Source: Hemiscyllium ocellatum (lineage: Eukaryota). Taken from it: DNA of 64,000 nucleotides. Location of the stretch: assembly GCF_020745735.1 (NCBI RefSeq), contig NC_083402.1, forward strand, positions 25,372,004-25,436,003, given 5' to 3'. Positions 62,383 to 64,000 of this stretch are shown here, piece after piece; the first letter of the stretch is position 1; each line of letters opens with the position of its first letter. The position numbers and the translations under genes were made by a program. Under the pieces are notes generated by a model, which saw only the letters and a list, made by a program, of their open reading frames with translations, did no database searches and was not told the origin of the DNA.

Positions 62383-63189
62383 AGTGAAATTGTTAATGTT
62401 CTCTGAAACAAGTTTCATGTGCAAGGCAGAACTCCTGCAACTCAGACATTAGCAATTGAGCCCTTTCTGCACTCACTGAACTTTATTATTTTCTACAAAC
62501 TTCCTTTGAAAACTTTTGACTTTGGTGCCAATATCTGCAGATTTTTAGCACAATACGGTTTCCCCCCCCCCCCCCCCCCCCCCCCCGCAGTCACTGGTTT
62601 GAACAAATTCATTTCACTTAAGATCTTTTACAAGGATATGGGCCATATCCTGGCAAATGAAACAACATCAAATTGGGATGTTTGGCCAGCACAGAGGAAT
62701 AGGACTGAAGGGTCTGTTTCCATACTATATGACACTATAAATACCCAATACTTTTGTCTTATCTGTTTAGATTAGAAAATAACTGTGTCTCAGAGGTACA
62801 AGAAACATGTAAGTGTACTGTGTCAGCTTGCACCCATCTGTGAATATTATTGAGACCTAATAGGGTAATAGACCATTTATTACCAGTTTTACACTGTAGT
62901 TGAAAAGTCATTCAGTATTGCGATGTGAGTCGCTTCAGCTACAGTGCAATAACTAGGCAGTGATTGGTTTCAGTGAAGCTGATTTTAATTTTTTGAGTAA
63001 CATTGCTTCAACAAATTCAGATATTTCTGCCAAACAACTCCTCACCATGACAAAACGAAGTGGAGAAAGCAGAAGCGTAAGCAGGAAGATTAAATCGAAG
63101 CAGCTCCCCTCAGCTTCTGCATTTATATAGCTTTTTGAGCTCAGGCTACTACAAGCTACAGCCAAGTAAATGCTTGCAATTCTCAACAT

Positions 63190-63520
63190 GATACAGGAAA
63201 CAAGACAGCCAATTTGTGCACAGCAAAGCCCCACAAAACAACAATGTGATAAACCCCATGTAATCTATACTGCAAATGTTGGTTGAGGGATCACTGGTGG
63301 TACAGAACCCAGTTAGAATGCCTCTACTCTTCTTTGAATAATGGTGAGAGATCTTTTGGACTTGAGAGGACAGATGGTACCTCAGTTTTGTATTTTATCC
63401 AAAAAATGATACTGACCATACATCACTGAACACCAATCTACATATTGTGCTGGACCAGAACTGGAACTAAGTACCTGCTGACTTAACCATGGACGCACAA
63501 TGTTCTCACTCAGCCACGGT
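63190..63520 (-). mobile_element. Deu-domain SINE (SacSINE1-like)
   Basis: cagccaatttgtgcacagcaa..tgttggttgaggga..tcttctttgaata..gatctttt..cctcagttt. Confidence 0.75.
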
Positions 63521-63832
63521 ACAGTGATCATCATTTGTCTGACTTCTCAGCTAGAAATTGCATAAAGTCTGAGGTATTTATAAAGAAAATGGGAAGATAA
63601 AAGCTTTGATAAAGTTGAAAACATACTCAGGAGTCCTTCAACAATGGTGCTGAAATTATATTTACCCAAGTAGTAAACTGTTAAATCTCTTCAATTGACC
63701 TTTACTAGGGGGTAAAGATTAAATTTCTATGGAAGCCAAAAATGTTCTAATATGTGGATGCATTGCACATTGAAGCTGGCAATTGTTAATGTGAATATGC
63801 ACATACATATTCTGATTCCTTGAAAGTATTGT

Positions 63833-64000
63833 GGGCAGTACAGTGGTTAGCACTGCTGCCTCAGCGCGTCAGAGACCTGGGTTCAATTCCTGCCTCAGGC
63901 AACTGTCTGTGTGGAGTTTGCACAATCTCCCTGTGTCTGTGTGGGTTTCCTCAGGGTGCTCTGGTTTCCTCCCACAGTCCAAAAATGTGCAGGTTAGGTG
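63833..64000 (+). mobile_element. HE1-type V-SINE, cut by the window end
   Basis: Near-identical to 54306-54480. Confidence 0.92.

Noticed and set aside
62562-62586. Poly-C runs (also 464-479, 51167-51188) as G-quadruplex elements
   Set aside because: Simple homopolymers of uncertain length with no supporting context
1-64000. CRISPR array or prokaryotic defence system
   Set aside because: Eukaryotic repeat landscape; no regularly spaced repeats or operon-like ORFs

Overview
Repeat-dense, non-coding (intronic or intergenic) vertebrate DNA. The repeat complement is typical of a shark: HE1/V-SINEs, HER1-like CR1 LINEs and Deu-domain SINEs. An orectolobiform such as a bamboo shark is a guess. 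I find no recognisable intact host gene; nearly all ORFs in the track are decayed transposon fragments or chance ORFs. The most striking content is a set of Penelope-like elements (PLEs; RT plus GIY-YIG endonuclease) from at least three families. Two of these families carry minimal type I hammerhead ribozymes in their pseudo-LTRs (CUGANGA, stem II, GAAA, palindromic ACGU/AGCU, UH). The PLEs occur as long 5'-truncated copies, as 85-175 bp pseudo-LTR-only insertions with their own target-site duplications (TSDs), as hairpin/inverted forms, and once as an apparently circularly permuted copy. Also present: a decayed Gypsy element with four nested insertions, two related LTRs, two intron-containing Harbinger-type Myb/SANT gene relics, a ~260 bp inverted repeat enclosing a candidate 56-nt exon, an unclassified ~190 bp tandem unit at two loci, and possible conserved non-coding elements. 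Repeat boundaries are read by eye and approximate unless a TSD is quoted.
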